Assembly (NCBI GenBank): GCA_001804865.1
Contig: MHBK01000019.1
Span: 40,617-104,616, forward strand
Reading direction: 5' to 3'
DNA length: 64,000 nt
From: Lentisphaerae bacterium GWF2_57_35
GTDB taxonomy: Bacteria; Verrucomicrobiota; Kiritimatiellia; CAIQIC01; GWF2-57-35
This document shows, one piece after another, positions 9,779 through 19,233 of the stretch; the stretch's first letter is position 1, and every line of letters starts with the position of its first letter. The position numbers and the translations under genes are program-made. Under the pieces are notes generated by a model. The model was not told where the DNA came from. It did no database searches and saw only the letters and a list, made by a program, of their open reading frames with translations.

Positions 9779-10795
9779 TTACTTCAAGTCGATGCTCTTC
9801 ATCATCTTGATGTTGAAATAGTGCATGTCCGACATCGAATCCGGCAGCTTGCCGTTCCGGAAGGCTGCGATCAGGTCTTTCGCGCCGTCTTCGATCGTGC
9901 GTTTCGGAACAAAACCGAGCACCTTGCGGATCTTGGCGGAGGAAATGTGATAGGACCGGATGTCGTCCGACGGCGTCGTTACAATCTGCAACTTTTCCTT
10001 GCCGGACACTTCCTTCTGCACCACCGACTTCACGACTTCCGCTGTTTCGGAGACGCTGAAATTCTGGTAGGCGGCATTGAAAATCTGGCCGGCGATGACG
10101 GCATCGGGCACGTCCAGCAGGAGCAAATACAAATCGACCATGTCCTGCATGTGCAGGTTCGGGCGCATCTGCGAGCCGCCAAAAACCGTGATCTTGTCGG
10201 TGTTGACCGCGTGATTGGTCAGGATGTTCACGGTCAGGTCCAGGCGCTGCCGCGGCGAATAACCGCAGATGGTCGCGGGACGCACGATGACCGTGGTGAA
10301 GCCCGGGGACTGCTCCTTCAAGAGGACGGGTTCGCACATGGCTTTGTACTTGTTGTACAGCGAGACCGGCACCAGCGGATGCTCCTCGGTCACGTCCGGA
10401 TCGTCGCTGACCCCGTAGACGCTGCCGGAGGACGCAAAGACAAAGCGCTTCACGCCGGCGGCTTTGCTCAACGCGACGAGAGGGCCGAAGGCTTCAAAGT
10501 TGATCGTCCGGCTCAAGTCCGGATTCAGCTCCACGCTCGGATCGTTCGAGATGCAGGCCAGATGAATCACGGCATCGCAACCCTGGACGGACTGCTTCAC
10601 CAGCTCCTGATCCCGGATGTCGCCCTTGACGAGTTCCAGCTTGGGATTGGATTTGACTTCATCGAACACTTTCTCGCCATAGATGAAAAGATCCAGCACC
10701 TTGACCGCATAGCCCTGGGCCAGCAGCCGGGGAACCAAGACCGACCCCACATAACCGGCGCCGCCGGTAACCAAGACTTTCTTGAAAGAAGACAT
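9779..10795 (-). CDS. NAD-dependent epimerase/dehydratase (SDR)
   Basis: VTGGAGYVG, HLACISNDP, SSGSVYG, YNKYK. Confidence 0.9.
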   Translation of the reverse strand: MSSFKKVLVTGGAGYVGSVLVPRLLAQGYAVKVLDLFIYGEKVFDEVKSNPKLELVKGDIRDQELVKQSVQGCDAVIHLACISNDPSVELNPDLSRTINFEAFGPLVALSKAAGVKRFVFASSGSVYGVSDDPDVTEEHPLVPVSLYNKYKAMCEPVLLKEQSPGFTTVIVRPATICGYSPRQRLDLTVNILTNHAVNTDKITVFGGSQMRPNLHMQDMVDLYLLLLDVPDAVIAGQIFNAAYQNFSVSETAEVVKSVVQKEVSGKEKLQIVTTPSDDIRSYHISSAKIRKVLGFVPKRTIEDGAKDLIAAFRNGKLPDSMSDMHYFNIKMMKSIDLK

Positions 10796-10847
10796 AGTCG
10801 CGATCCTATTTATTATTGTTTCTTTGACTCGTTACATCGAAAATCGT

Positions 10848-11426
10848 TCACGTCAACGGGACCTGCACCGTATCCATCCAGTGATGCAGAATGGCGGCAT
10901 GGCAGGTTTCCGCAAAGCCATAATCCTTCGCCGCCACAAAAATATTCAAATTCCCGAGAGCCCGCAAAGGATTGGCTTCGCCCATTGCGGTCAGCGTCAC
11001 CACGGTAACGTTCATCTCCCGGGCCAGGCGGGCCGCCGCCACAACGTTGGGGGATTTGCCGGAGCTGCTGATCGCCACCAGCATGTCGCCGGGCTTCGCG
11101 CGGCGGGAGAGCGGCTCGGAAAACACATGCTCATAGCCCATATCGTTGGAGATGGCGGTGATCAGCGACAGATCGGAAAACACCTGCGTATGCAAACGCC
11201 CGTTTTTCGCGAGATCGGCCGCCATGTGGCTGGCCATCGACGCGCTCGCGCCGTTGCCGACCAGATAGATCGTGGATTTGGAGTTGCGGATGGCCTCGGT
11301 AAGCCGAAGCCACATTTCGAATCCCTCGTCGGAATCGATGTCCTGGCCTTTAACATCCCGGAAAGAACAGGCCTCGAGCAGGTCGTTCAATTCCTTCACG
11401 TGCGCTTTCCAAATGCTTCGCGACAT
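10848..11426 (-). CDS. SIS-domain phosphosugar isomerase (GmhA-like)
   Basis: GNGASAS.ASH, TAISNDMGY, ISSSGKSPNV; ATG 11426 follows AGGAG. Confidence 0.85.
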   Translation of the reverse strand: MSRSIWKAHVKELNDLLEACSFRDVKGQDIDSDEGFEMWLRLTEAIRNSKSTIYLVGNGASASMASHMAADLAKNGRLHTQVFSDLSLITAISNDMGYEHVFSEPLSRRAKPGDMLVAISSSGKSPNVVAAARLAREMNVTVVTLTAMGEANPLRALGNLNIFVAAKDYGFAETCHAAILHHWMDTVQVPLT

Positions 11427-11440
11427 GGCCAACAGTGCTC

Positions 11441-12964
11441 CTATTTCATCAGGGTTTCGATTTGCTTGCAAAGGCTGGCGCGTTCCATCGGCTTTTCGTT
11501 GCAGACCGTGGAGACGGCGTATGCGCCCACGGCATTGCCCACAAAGCCCACCACTTCCATCGGGGCGCCCTGATAGGCGCACAGGGCCGAAATGGACAAA
11601 AAGGCATCGCCCGCCCCCACCCGGTCCACCACCGTGTGCGCCAGGGCCGGGATGAGGAAAAAGCCCTCGTCGCGGTCGTAGCAGAGGCTGCCGTTTTTAC
11701 CGCGCGTCACGACGACTTTCTGGCATTTCATCTTCTTCGAGACGTGCTCCAGCATGTGTTCCAGCTCGCCGCGGATGTCCCGCGCTTCCAGACGCAGTTC
11801 TTTTTCCGCCATGGTAATGTAGTCGGCGCGCGGGAACTTCGAAACGACGTTGAACCCCATGTTGCCGGCATTGGCCTGAACATTCAAGGCCAGGTATTTG
11901 GCCTTCGAGCTGATGATGTCGATCGCTTTTTTCGACATCATGCTGTGCCCGAAGTCCACCACGATGACCAGGTCGTATTCCGGGATGGCTTTCTCGAGCA
12001 TCGCGCAGACCGCGGCATCGTCCTCTTTCGAGAGGGCCGTGTCGTTGATCGTGTAAACCTCCAGCATCTTGGTGAAGAAGTAATATTCGATCAGCCGCTT
12101 TTTCACGATCGTCGGCGAGTCGTGCCGGTGGAAAAACATCTGCTTGACCTTCGAATTCAGCGTTGTGGCGATGAATTCCTCCTGCGTATCGCGGTCGCCC
12201 AAAACGCTGACCAAGCCGACTTCGTCGCAGAAATTGGACACATGATTGGCCACGGCCAGGATGCCGCCGGCGAATTTCTTGGTATAGAGATCGCGCACCG
12301 CCAGGGTCGGTTCCTTGGATGACTTGCCGATCGACTCGCAGTACTGATATTCGTCGACAATCGTCTCGCCGATGGTCAGCACTTTGAGCGTCTTCGACTT
12401 CTTGACGTACTCGACAATGTCGTCTTTCTTATAGCGCCCGCGGAAGCCCGTCAGATAATCTTTCACTTCCTTCGGGAAGTTGGTCATGAACCGGTTGATC
12501 AGGTTGGAGGAGCTGAAGACAATGTCGTCCGTGAACACCAGTTGCCCGCCGACCGAGTTGATCGCCTCTTCCTCGAGCAGAATGCCGCCGGTATGATCTT
12601 TCGAGGCGTCCTTGTAGTCCATGCCCTTGACGTAAAAATTTGGCTTAATGGTTTTGAGTACGTGAACGGACTGGGGCAATTCGCTGTAAGAAACAAAATC
12701 CACGATGTCCAGCGTGGCGATCACTTCCATCCGCAAATCCAGATTGAACACCGGGCGGCCGGGGCCTTTGTTGACGTGTTTGTCCACGGTCAGGGTGACC
12801 ACCAATACATCGCCATATTCCCGGGCCTTCTGGAAGTGGCGTATATGCCCCACATGAATCAGATCGAAAACCCCGTGACAAAGCACCACCCTCTTGCCCT
12901 GCTTCTTCAGACTATCGACAATCTCCGCAAGGCGATCCAACTCGACGATTTTATTACTTGCCAT
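11441..12964 (-). CDS. Nucleotidyltransferase / PfkB sugar kinase fusion (HldE-like, reversed domain order)
   Basis: N-terminal HGVFDLIHVGH (HxGH); C-terminal VVDRVGAGDAF. Confidence 0.9.
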   Translation of the reverse strand: MASNKIVELDRLAEIVDSLKKQGKRVVLCHGVFDLIHVGHIRHFQKAREYGDVLVVTLTVDKHVNKGPGRPVFNLDLRMEVIATLDIVDFVSYSELPQSVHVLKTIKPNFYVKGMDYKDASKDHTGGILLEEEAINSVGGQLVFTDDIVFSSSNLINRFMTNFPKEVKDYLTGFRGRYKKDDIVEYVKKSKTLKVLTIGETIVDEYQYCESIGKSSKEPTLAVRDLYTKKFAGGILAVANHVSNFCDEVGLVSVLGDRDTQEEFIATTLNSKVKQMFFHRHDSPTIVKKRLIEYYFFTKMLEVYTINDTALSKEDDAAVCAMLEKAIPEYDLVIVVDFGHSMMSKKAIDIISSKAKYLALNVQANAGNMGFNVVSKFPRADYITMAEKELRLEARDIRGELEHMLEHVSKKMKCQKVVVTRGKNGSLCYDRDEGFFLIPALAHTVVDRVGAGDAFLSISALCAYQGAPMEVVGFVGNAVGAYAVSTVCNEKPMERASLCKQIETLMK

Positions 12965-15026
12965 GAACAGCACCCATCTCCTGCTTCTGCGATTGTGTTT
13001 CTGTTATTTCCACGGAGGAAAGGGAGAACGAATATATGAGCATATTTACGCTGTCAACGGGAAACTGGGAGAGCTGGAGGTAATTGTCCGTTCCTTGAAG
13101 CTCAAAAGGGCCGACGACCAGTTCGGCTTCCCCGTTCTGGGAAAAGGACGCGTTGCGCACTTCTCCGCGCCGTCCGTCGGCAAATACCTGCCGGACGGAA
13201 AAGCTGCCGGGTTGGACCACCACGCCGCGCAGGGTGAGGCGAACCGAAGCGGGCGCCGCGGAAGAGCGTTGAACCCGAAGCGTCGCATCGCCTTGCGGCG
13301 CGGCAAACAATTGTCCATCCCGCACCTGCAGATAACGCCAGCCCGGGTCGACCGGCCAGACCGAACCGCCCGTGTTCCGGGCGCGGCGAGCCAGGATGTC
13401 CGGCTCCTCATTGTAATACGCCAGATAAGCGGGCGAAGCGGGAATGCTGGCTCCGTGCGGACTCAAGCCCCATTGCCATAGCCGGCTGAGGGTGTCGTCC
13501 CGGAACGACTGCCGGCGGACAAAATAGGTCCCCATCCACCGCCAGTACTCTTCTTTTTCGTCCCCGACGTCCGCCAGCATCACCGCCTTGGGGAAACGCT
13601 CAAAAAAGGATTGGGCGTTCTGGCGCTGCCAATCCAGAACCTGGGCCGGTATGCCCGAATTTGGGTAGCAGGCGAAGGCGGCCTGGCGATCTGTCACCGG
13701 ATAGGCCTGCGGAATTTCCCGCATGTTATAGCCGTTCCGCCACACATAAAGCCCCCCCGCCGGCAACTGCGCGCCCAGCCAGTTGCGAATGTGCGACATG
13801 GGCACAAACTTGTCGGTCATGGCAAACAACGTGCGATACGGCGCCGCGCTCCAAAGGAGAAGGAGGCCCCAAAACAAAACAGCCGGCAGGGTTTGCATCC
13901 GGCCTTTCAAGCGGAGGCCGCGGGCCGCTCCGGAGGTCAGCGCCTCCACGCCGATCCCCACGAAGACGGTCATGGGAAGGAATACAATGCTCAAATAGCG
14001 GGGGAAAAAGCCCCGCTGTAGAAACGCGAAAAACAAGACCGACGGAACGAGCAGCAGAGCGAAAACGAAGGCCGAACGGGTCCGGTCTTCTTTTCGCAAC
14101 AGCAAGGCAACCGCCAACCCCACGCCCAGCACCAAGGCAAAGCCGGCCAGACGCCCGCCCTCCCGGCCCCAGCCAAAGCAGGCCAGTTGATAGGCCAGCA
14201 GCGAAAGGGAAAGCCCATCGACCGGACCGCCATCCGTCGAGGCATTGAAATTATCCATGCCCCGAAGGACCAACGAAACAAACGGCAGCGTGCCGATCAG
14301 CAGCAATACGGCCGGCCAGAAGAAGCGGCCGGCCTCGGCCCAGAGCGCCGATTTCGGAGAAGCGCGAAGTTGAACGAGACGTACGATCATGCTGACGCCA
14401 ACGACCAACCCCTCGGCGATCAAAAACAGCCAGGCCGTCATATGCGTGAACAAAGCGCCCATGGCGCCGGCCAGGACCAGCGCGCCATAACCGATTTTTC
14501 CGCGCAAGGAGGAATCGGAAGCGCATATGAATCCGGCCAAGCCCCATAAGTTCAAGGCCAGAAAAAACAGAAGCGGCGCATAGCTGGTGGCATCGCGCGA
14601 CTGATAGACATGGAAAAAGGAGACCGCCGTAAACGCCATGACCCACAAGGCCGTTGAGGACGAGTAAACCTTGCGCACCGCAAAAAAGACCACCGGCAAG
14701 GTGGCTATGCCAAAGAGAATGAAGGGAAACCGAAGCCAGAACTCCGAGGGCTCAACGCCCAGGCCTTTGTAGAGATGAAGGAAACCATTTATCAAGACAT
14801 ACTGGAACGGCATGTGCTGACCGGTGGGTCCTTTGAAAGCGGCGGTGTAAATATCGCCGATAATCTGGGAGGCCGTATGTTGGTCATCGCCATATCCCAC
14901 TACGGTGATCTCGTCGATCCACAACAACGGACGGCCTGCTTCATATAAACGTAAAAACGAACCGACCAGCAAGACTAGCAGGAATAATGCAACATGCCCT
15001 TTTTTCACGAATGTATCCTTAACCAA
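12954..15026 (-). CDS. Polytopic GT-C fold glycosyltransferase (GT39/PMT-like)
   Basis: LRL....LWIDE after first TM, LRFP..LFG, FHVYQSRDATSY, many TM segments, PRY motif. Confidence 0.78.
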   Translation of the reverse strand: MVKDTFVKKGHVALFLLVLLVGSFLRLYEAGRPLLWIDEITVVGYGDDQHTASQIIGDIYTAAFKGPTGQHMPFQYVLINGFLHLYKGLGVEPSEFWLRFPFILFGIATLPVVFFAVRKVYSSSTALWVMAFTAVSFFHVYQSRDATSYAPLLFFLALNLWGLAGFICASDSSLRGKIGYGALVLAGAMGALFTHMTAWLFLIAEGLVVGVSMIVRLVQLRASPKSALWAEAGRFFWPAVLLLIGTLPFVSLVLRGMDNFNASTDGGPVDGLSLSLLAYQLACFGWGREGGRLAGFALVLGVGLAVALLLRKEDRTRSAFVFALLLVPSVLFFAFLQRGFFPRYLSIVFLPMTVFVGIGVEALTSGAARGLRLKGRMQTLPAVLFWGLLLLWSAAPYRTLFAMTDKFVPMSHIRNWLGAQLPAGGLYVWRNGYNMREIPQAYPVTDRQAAFACYPNSGIPAQVLDWQRQNAQSFFERFPKAVMLADVGDEKEEYWRWMGTYFVRRQSFRDDTLSRLWQWGLSPHGASIPASPAYLAYYNEEPDILARRARNTGGSVWPVDPGWRYLQVRDGQLFAAPQGDATLRVQRSSAAPASVRLTLRGVVVQPGSFSVRQVFADGRRGEVRNASFSQNGEAELVVGPFELQGTDNYLQLSQFPVDSVNMLIYSFSLSSVEITETQSQKQEMGAVHGK

Positions 15027-15089
15027 ATCATCGTTTTTTTCATGCGAGCGCCTAGTTTATCGCAACCGTTCCCACGGTCAATGTCCGAC

Positions 15090-15905
15090 TCACAAATCCA
15101 GCAAATTGTCGTTCAGAATGGCCTGTACGGCCGGACGGGCGATAAACCGGTTCTGAAACCGGGTGGAGCGCCGGAGGATGCGGGGCGTGATATAGCTTTG
15201 CCCCCGCAACGCGGGCGCGGGATTGCTGGAGACCTCGATGAGGGGCGCGTGGTTTTGAATCTGCGTTTGGGCGCTGGCATGAAACAAATAGCGGCTCAAC
15301 ACGCGGGCGGAGAGGCCCAGCACGCGATGCCCCTGCCGGACCAGCCGCTCGTTGGCTTCATAGGTAATGTCCTCGCCATGATGCGTGACAAAGGCACAGC
15401 CCTCGCGCCGGAAGACGTCGGCATCGTACATCGCGCATAAGGAACGCACAAAAGGCACGCCCGGTTTCCAGGACCGTTGCCGCATATCACGGAAATAACT
15501 CCGGATCAGCCAGCCGGCCGTTCGAACGGGAATGCGCTGGTGCCGACATCCGACCCCCATGCAACCGGCGGCCTTCATCTGTTCCCGAAGAAACGGCAGC
15601 CAGCCGTCATGATGCACGTACGTATCCGAATGCATGACCACAAAAAACGGCGTATCAACCTGTTCCAAGGCCAGGTTCAAGGCTTGGTAATGGGCTTTCC
15701 AGGCGTCATTTACAAGCCCTGTCTCCACCAATTCGATCCACTTTACCGACCGCAAATAGTCCAACGAAGCGTCCTGGGAGCCGTTGTCGAGCACCCGCAC
15801 AATAACCGGCTCGCGCATGTGCTTGCGCAACGACCTCAGACACAACCGAATGGGCTCCAGCGTCTGGAAATGCGGAATTAAGATGGTTGTGGCGGCTTGT
15901 TTCAC
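15090..15905 (-). CDS. Glycosyltransferase family 2
   Basis: TILIPHF, VLDNGSQD, MHSDT. Confidence 0.82.
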   Translation of the reverse strand: MKQAATTILIPHFQTLEPIRLCLRSLRKHMREPVIVRVLDNGSQDASLDYLRSVKWIELVETGLVNDAWKAHYQALNLALEQVDTPFFVVMHSDTYVHHDGWLPFLREQMKAAGCMGVGCRHQRIPVRTAGWLIRSYFRDMRQRSWKPGVPFVRSLCAMYDADVFRREGCAFVTHHGEDITYEANERLVRQGHRVLGLSARVLSRYLFHASAQTQIQNHAPLIEVSSNPAPALRGQSYITPRILRRSTRFQNRFIARPAVQAILNDNLLDL

Positions 15906-16139
15906 ATGAATGCTTTGGATTTCCCTTTTTCTATCTCATCGACTTAAAGCCGATGCCCCTCCTGCCCTCTCGAAAATGCCTTATCTTTTGTATGCTATGG
16001 ATTCCGACTTCATTTAAAGGGGGGCGGCAAGCGCTATCTCGTTCGCCTCCTTTTGAATTTCACCCGTTTTTTATCACCACTCTTCCCTCTTTTCAAGTGT
16101 TGCTGCCTATCAGGATGCATCTTGGCGAAACCCCTAACC

Positions 16140-16169
16140 CGCATTTCTCACCGCCAGGTGAGAAATGCG
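16140..16169. repeat. Palindrome CGCATTTCTCACC-GCCA-GGTGAGAAATGCG
   Basis: 13-bp perfect arms; related copy at 25511-25546. Confidence 0.7.
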
Positions 16170-16466
16170 CCCCTCCGGGGCCGCCGCGTGAGGGGTAGCC
16201 ACGTTCACGGTGTCGCAAGACACCGCGTCACGTCTAAGGTAAAATCCATAATTACAACTGCTGATGTTCCAACATCCCATGTTGACATTTCTTGATGAAC
16301 GAAGAGACTATGGAAAAGATCGATCGCTCACTAATGAAAAAGCCGTATTACGTTCTTATGGAGAGGCCCGCTCGCATTAAAATAGAAGTCCAAAGCCCCG
16401 GAGCGTACGTCGCGAAACGCGCCGCCGCTCAGGGCAATCGTTAGGTTATAGACAAGGAGATCCTAA

Positions 16467-17060
16467 ATGCTCGGTGAATTATTGGATATAGCGAAATTCA
16501 TCCTTGGATTTTCACCCTGGATTCTATTTTTATTTCTGCCAACCGATGGCTGGGATTCGTTGAGGAGAGCTGTTGTTATTTGTCTGGTTGTATCCGTAAT
16601 GTTTGCATTGAAGGCGCTGCGCAAGGGCATCATTTTGCAGTGGGCCACCCTGATATTTTTTCTTTTCTGCGCAATAATGCTCTACGGCTTCAATTGCGTA
16701 TGGCTGGCCGAACACATGGGAATTATCGCAAACAGCTTCCTGGACGGCGTTATCTGGTTCACGGTACTGATAGGCCAACCGTTCACGCTGCAATATGCAC
16801 GAGCCGACCTGCCGAAAGAACAATGGTTTGATAAAAGTCTGATTCGCGGCTGCCGGTTCATCGCCATTTTTTGGGGAACGCTGCTTTTGGTTCCAACGGC
16901 TTTCAATGCCTTCCGTCTCTTTTATCCTCTTGCCCTACCAGATCCTTTCTATTTCTACATCAGCCTGTTCTGCATCGTCATCGGCATATCCTTTACCACT
17001 ATCTACAAACACAGGAAGCGAAAGCAGCGGGAAGCCATGCGTTACCCAGCACACAGCTAA
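16467..17060 (+). CDS. Hypothetical integral membrane protein
   Basis: About six hydrophobic segments, PFTLQYAR motif, AAGGAG RBS. Confidence 0.75.
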   Translation: MLGELLDIAKFILGFSPWILFLFLPTDGWDSLRRAVVICLVVSVMFALKALRKGIILQWATLIFFLFCAIMLYGFNCVWLAEHMGIIANSFLDGVIWFTVLIGQPFTLQYARADLPKEQWFDKSLIRGCRFIAIFWGTLLLVPTAFNAFRLFYPLALPDPFYFYISLFCIVIGISFTTIYKHRKRKQREAMRYPAHS

Positions 17061-17137
17061 ACTGGACAAGGGACTCTGGGAGACTCATTTCATTTGGGGA
17101 CCGTCCACCCTGAATCAAAGACAGACGAGGCCACTCA

Positions 17138-17992
17138 ATGAAGAACATCCTTGAAGAGAAGATATCCAGAAGACTTTTTTTCAAATGCTTACTGACATGC
17201 GGCTGTGGATGTTTGGCATCAAGGCTAGCCCTTGGGGACTCGCAGAATCCCCCAAACGAGTCGAAGACCGTGACGGACAATCCCCTGGCTGACCGCGCCA
17301 TGTTGTTGAAAACCTTCGAGGACACAAACGACGGAGCACTCCAGTATATGACCCAAGCATATGGATTGGACGTCGCTCGCGGCATCGCGGAAGAGGCGAA
17401 GAGGCAGATCGAAGCCCTTCTTCCGCTAATCCCTGATCTGGGTGGGGCAAGGAACATCGTTATTCGCGATTTTCCCGTCGCTCTCTGGTATGTCGCGTAT
17501 TTCCGACCGATGAAAGCACATGGCAAAACGGCGGAGGAACTGGGGAAGATGATCTACGATCTGTTTGAAACCAAGCTGCGCCAGATGCCTGAAGCCGCGA
17601 GGCGATCAGAAGGCGCGAAGCTATTCCTTCCGGAGCATGTCGACAAGCTGAGGGAGTGGGCTCGATGGACACAGAAGAGAGAGTATCCCGCAAACTGGGT
17701 AGCCTCTTTTGTGCCGGGAAACGGAACGGATTGTGACTATGGCTACGACTACACTGAGTGCGCAATAGTCAACTATCTGAAAGCTCATGGGGCCGATGAA
17801 GTTGCCCCATATGTCTGTCTGAATGACTTCATTCGCAGCCGGGCTTACGGGACAGGACTCAGGAGAACAAAGACGTTAGCGCAAGGTGACGACAGGTGCG
17901 ATTTTCGATACAAGAAAAATTACCCGGTTACTCAGGACTGGCATACGGAAATTCCGGTAATCAGAAAGAGGATGGCAGAAAGAATCGATTAG
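17138..17992 (+). CDS. L-2-amino-thiazoline-4-carboxylic acid hydrolase family protein with Tat-like leader
   Basis: YTECAI...VCLND...GLRRTKTLAQGDDRCDFRY; N-terminal SRRLFFK. Confidence 0.75.
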   Translation: MKNILEEKISRRLFFKCLLTCGCGCLASRLALGDSQNPPNESKTVTDNPLADRAMLLKTFEDTNDGALQYMTQAYGLDVARGIAEEAKRQIEALLPLIPDLGGARNIVIRDFPVALWYVAYFRPMKAHGKTAEELGKMIYDLFETKLRQMPEAARRSEGAKLFLPEHVDKLREWARWTQKREYPANWVASFVPGNGTDCDYGYDYTECAIVNYLKAHGADEVAPYVCLNDFIRSRAYGTGLRRTKTLAQGDDRCDFRYKKNYPVTQDWHTEIPVIRKRMAERID

Positions 17993-18022
17993 AAAGGAAA
18001 TGAGAGCTATTAGGAATCTTCA

Positions 18023-19063
18023 ATGAATCGACCATCGTTTTTTAAGCTCATAAGCCGCGGCGCGGCGGCCGTTCTCCTGTGGCCGGTTCTGTTGCCGGCA
18101 GAGGAACTGCCAGCCGCCAAGGTTCATGGACTCGCCGGCGAATACGGATTCGTCTCCTGTGCCGTACTGGGACCTGAGTCGGAGGAAACGGTTCGTGGTC
18201 GTATCGCGACGATGGCGCGGGATTATGGAATCCGCGAGTTCATGTTTTACGATTGGTTTGCCGACTATTCGACGCCGGTTCGAGGCGAGGATTGGACGGA
18301 GGCGTTTTTTCGCCGCATGCCCATCCGCCGCGCCGCCCTTCAAGCCGCCATTGAGGAAGTGCATGCACAAGGCGGAAGAGCGTGGGCTTACGTGCAAGCC
18401 GTCGCCGCCGAAGAGGAAAATCTGGAATCCCCGGCGGCGGACCGCTGGAAGCTGCGCAACGGCGGGGGAACGTGGTACTGGCACCCGCCCGGCCACGCGA
18501 GATTTCCCACCTATTTCGCCAACGCGGCGTGGGCCCGGTTCATGGTCGAGCGATGGGCAGGACCGGTCAAGGAACTCGGATTCGACGGAATCCACTGGGA
18601 TACCCTGGGCCGGGTTGCCGGCGATTACGGCGCGGAGACGAAGGGCCTCCACGCCTTTATCCAAGCCGCCTACGAATTGCTGCAGCGCCACGGTTTGAGG
18701 CAAACCATGAACATGGTTGACCTGGCCTGGTGGGATCGAGAGATAGTAAAAAAATACCTGGAGTTCCCCTACGTGGAGGCCTGGTCCACCGACGCTGAAC
18801 ATCGCTACTACGCCGAAATGGACCAGCCGGACATGGCCGGTATCCACGGCGTCCTCGCGATGTATCCCTCCGTGGCCGTTCCTGCCGGCGGATCGGCTGC
18901 GGACGTGATCCGGGCCCGACACAACGAAGCGCACCAGCATCGCCTGGTCTACCTCCTCGTCGGCGACGGCGCCCGCCGAATGAAGAACGAATACTGGCCG
19001 GAAACCGTACCCTTGACCGAAGAAGAAAACGCCATTTTGCTGAACCGCCGCTCCACTCCGTAG
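18023..19063 (+). CDS. Secreted glycoside hydrolase, GH66-like TIM barrel
   Basis: Signal peptide; MFYDW, LGFDGIHWDTLG, YVEAW motifs. Confidence 0.65.
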   Translation: MNRPSFFKLISRGAAAVLLWPVLLPAEELPAAKVHGLAGEYGFVSCAVLGPESEETVRGRIATMARDYGIREFMFYDWFADYSTPVRGEDWTEAFFRRMPIRRAALQAAIEEVHAQGGRAWAYVQAVAAEEENLESPAADRWKLRNGGGTWYWHPPGHARFPTYFANAAWARFMVERWAGPVKELGFDGIHWDTLGRVAGDYGAETKGLHAFIQAAYELLQRHGLRQTMNMVDLAWWDREIVKKYLEFPYVEAWSTDAEHRYYAEMDQPDMAGIHGVLAMYPSVAVPAGGSAADVIRARHNEAHQHRLVYLLVGDGARRMKNEYWPETVPLTEEENAILLNRRSTP

Positions 19064-19233
19064 CCGCTTGCGTGAACCGGCGGCTTGAATACAGCCATGC
19101 GGCTCATACAGCGGCGTTGACGGGAAGGCCCGCGGCCTCGCGGACCGCTTCTTATCGTTTTTCCAACACCCAGCTCAACAGGCCCCCAAAAAACAGCTTC
19201 CGTCCTGATCGCGATTTGTCACATAATACCCAC

